Part shown: in pieces, positions 62,859-64,000 of the stretch | How the letters are laid out: each line of letters opens with the position of its first letter | Position numbering within the stretch: position 1 is the stretch's first letter | DNA from: Sinanaerobacter chloroacetimidivorans | Lineage (GTDB): Bacteria; Bacillota; Clostridia; Peptostreptococcales; Anaerovoracaceae | NCBI RefSeq assembly: GCF_018128545.1 | Contig: NZ_JAGSND010000001.1 | Span: 46,153-110,152, forward strand | Length of the DNA: 64,000 bases | Reading direction: 5' to 3' | Position numbers and translations under genes: made by a program | Notes under the pieces: generated by a model | What the model was told of the DNA's origin: nothing | Databases searched by the model: none | What the model saw: only the letters and a program-made list of their open reading frames with translations

Positions 62859-62907
62859 AGGGTATTATCTCTAAGTAATATTAGAGAATAATACCCTATT
62901 TTATTTC
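62859..62907 (+). terminator. intrinsic terminator after ppdK
   Basis: AGGGTATTATCTCTA pairs with TAGAGAATAATACCCT (one bulge), followed by ATTTTATTT. Confidence 0.6.
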
Positions 62908-63028
62908 ATGGTATTTACTTTATATAAAATGAATTATACTATTTAATCATAAAGAATAATTTTTAAAAACTTTTATTTTTTTGTAACGAATCATGTTTTA
63001 TAAGCACTTATTAGTAGGAGGTGATTGA

Positions 63029-63514
63029 GTGCAGGATATAGAAAAATTCTATAATGATTATTTTCAAACGGTATTCAAATATTTATTCTGCATGACTCAT
63101 GACGCAGATATATCTGAAGAGTTGACTCAAGAAACCTTCTATCAAGCCGTGAAAACATACGATAATTTTCGAGGAGACTGTAAAGTTTCCGTCTGGCTTT
63201 GTCAGATTGCAAAGCATCTATGGTACAAAGAATATAGGAGCAGGAATAAATATACATCCGATTCAATCGATGAGATTTCAGACAGTTTCCATGCGACAGA
63301 AAATGTTGAACATATAATTCTAGAAAGTGATTCGAAAATTGCATTGTATCAAAAACTACAAACTTTGGATGAAAAGACAAGAGAAGTCATATATTTAAGG
63401 CTTACAGGAGAACTCAGTTTTCGTGAAATTGGCGAAATATTAAACAGAAATGAGACGTGGGCACGGGTTACTTTCTATCGAGGCAAACAAAAACTTATGA
63501 AGGAGGGACAGTAA
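63029..63514 (+). CDS. ECF-type sigma-70 family RNA polymerase sigma factor
   Basis: 161 aa. Region 2 (ELTQETFYQAV...) and a region 4 HTH (LSFREIGEILNRNETWARVTFYRGKQKL). GTG start with SD GGAGGTG. Confidence 0.75.
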   Translation: MQDIEKFYNDYFQTVFKYLFCMTHDADISEELTQETFYQAVKTYDNFRGDCKVSVWLCQIAKHLWYKEYRSRNKYTSDSIDEISDSFHATENVEHIILESDSKIALYQKLQTLDEKTREVIYLRLTGELSFREIGEILNRNETWARVTFYRGKQKLMKEGQ

Positions 63515-64000
63515 TGAAAAGAGAATTGAAATGCAGTATCGTTCAGGATTTGCTTCCTAACTATATTGAAAAACTTACCAGCTATGATACAAATCAGGCT
63601 ATACAAGAGCATTTAAATACTTGTGCAGACTGTAAAAATTTGTATGAGCAAATGGTTATTGATATTAGCACCCCTGTGAGTGCACCAAAGATTGAGCTGA
63701 AGTTTCTGAAAAAAGTCAAAAGGACAAGAATATTGGCTGCAGCACTATGCATTGTCCTAACACTGGTTTTATCCTATTTACTCTATCATTCAGAATATCA
63801 TTACACAATTGATAAGAGTGATTTATCTGTAGCCATCACTGAGTTCACCACTCCTTTTGAGCCTGCTTTTGAAGCTTATGTGCTGGAGACCCAGGCGGTA
63901 GGTAACACGTTGATTGCTTCCTTCAAAGATCAGGCCCACCCTGATAATTATGGAGTTGCTGTGCTGGTAAAGGGATTCAACCAAAGATACAGGATAGTTC
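63514..64000 (+). CDS. anti-sigma factor (zf-HC2-like, single TM), truncated by window end
   Basis: ATG overlaps the sigma-gene stop (TAATG). IQEHLNTCADCKNLYEQM is a zinc-finger anti-sigma motif, followed by a TM segment. Confidence 0.6.
   Translation, partial: MKRELKCSIVQDLLPNYIEKLTSYDTNQAIQEHLNTCADCKNLYEQMVIDISTPVSAPKIELKFLKKVKRTRILAAALCIVLTLVLSYLLYHSEYHYTIDKSDLSVAITEFTTPFEPAFEAYVLETQAVGNTLIASFKDQAHPDNYGVAVLVKGFNQRYRIV

Overview
This 64 kb window is a chromosomal segment from a low-GC, spore-forming Firmicutes (Clostridia-type) genome, gene-dense and mostly on the + strand. All calls below rest on translated-ORF motifs and sequence structure I could read directly; no database search was possible. 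Contents in order: (1) A σA-type promoter and a ~110-nt leader whose anti-SD can sequester the SD of a YjdF/DUF2992 gene, making it a candidate yjdF riboswitch, followed by an APC amino-acid permease. (2) An [FeFe]-hydrogenase maturation operon: TM1266-like regulator, hydG, hydE, an embedded aspartate ammonia-lyase homolog, hydF, then a ferredoxin-nitroreductase fusion. The operon sits behind a consensus promoter and a leader carrying an intrinsic terminator. (3) An Lsa-family antibiotic-resistance ABC-F (ARE) gene with a ~325-nt leader containing a consensus promoter, short uORFs and a terminator/antiterminator pair. (4) A TPP riboswitch controlling cytX-thiM-thiE-thiD. (5) A two-component pair: a LytS-type 5TM + PAS histidine kinase and a receiver–HD-GYP (c-di-GMP phosphodiesterase) regulator. 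(6) Housekeeping genes: alpha/beta hydrolase, deoD, acyl-CoA synthetase, LD-carboxypeptidase, M20 amidohydrolase. (7) A long block syntenic with the Bacillus subtilis rpsT–recO region: rpsT(-), gpr, spoIIP, yqxA-like, lepA, hemW, then hrcA-grpE-dnaK-dnaJ-prmA-rsmE, mtaB, rpsU-yqeY, yqfC-yqfD-phoH-ybeY-cdd-era, recO, then a DUF4342 protein, glyQS, ppdK and an ECF sigma/anti-sigma pair. Lineage-specific insertions interrupt this block. They are an XRE/TPR regulator with nfeD-floT, glpK, an acyltransferase, a cytidylate-kinase-like gene and a ZIP transporter; a minus-strand pair of secreted cell-wall enzymes (an M23–polysaccharide-deacetylase fusion and a LysM–amidohydrolase); a thioredoxin-lipoprotein / 44-aa CxxC micro-protein / membrane polyferredoxin cluster; and a 740-bp ORF-less AT-rich spacer with inverted repeats between era and recO. 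No CRISPR array, transposase, tRNA or rRNA was found. The most interesting items are cis-regulatory RNAs (the hyd leader, the ARE-ABCF attenuator, the yjdF leader, the extra palindrome at the hrcA promoter) and several small or fusion proteins of unknown role, none of which I can match to a named defence system.
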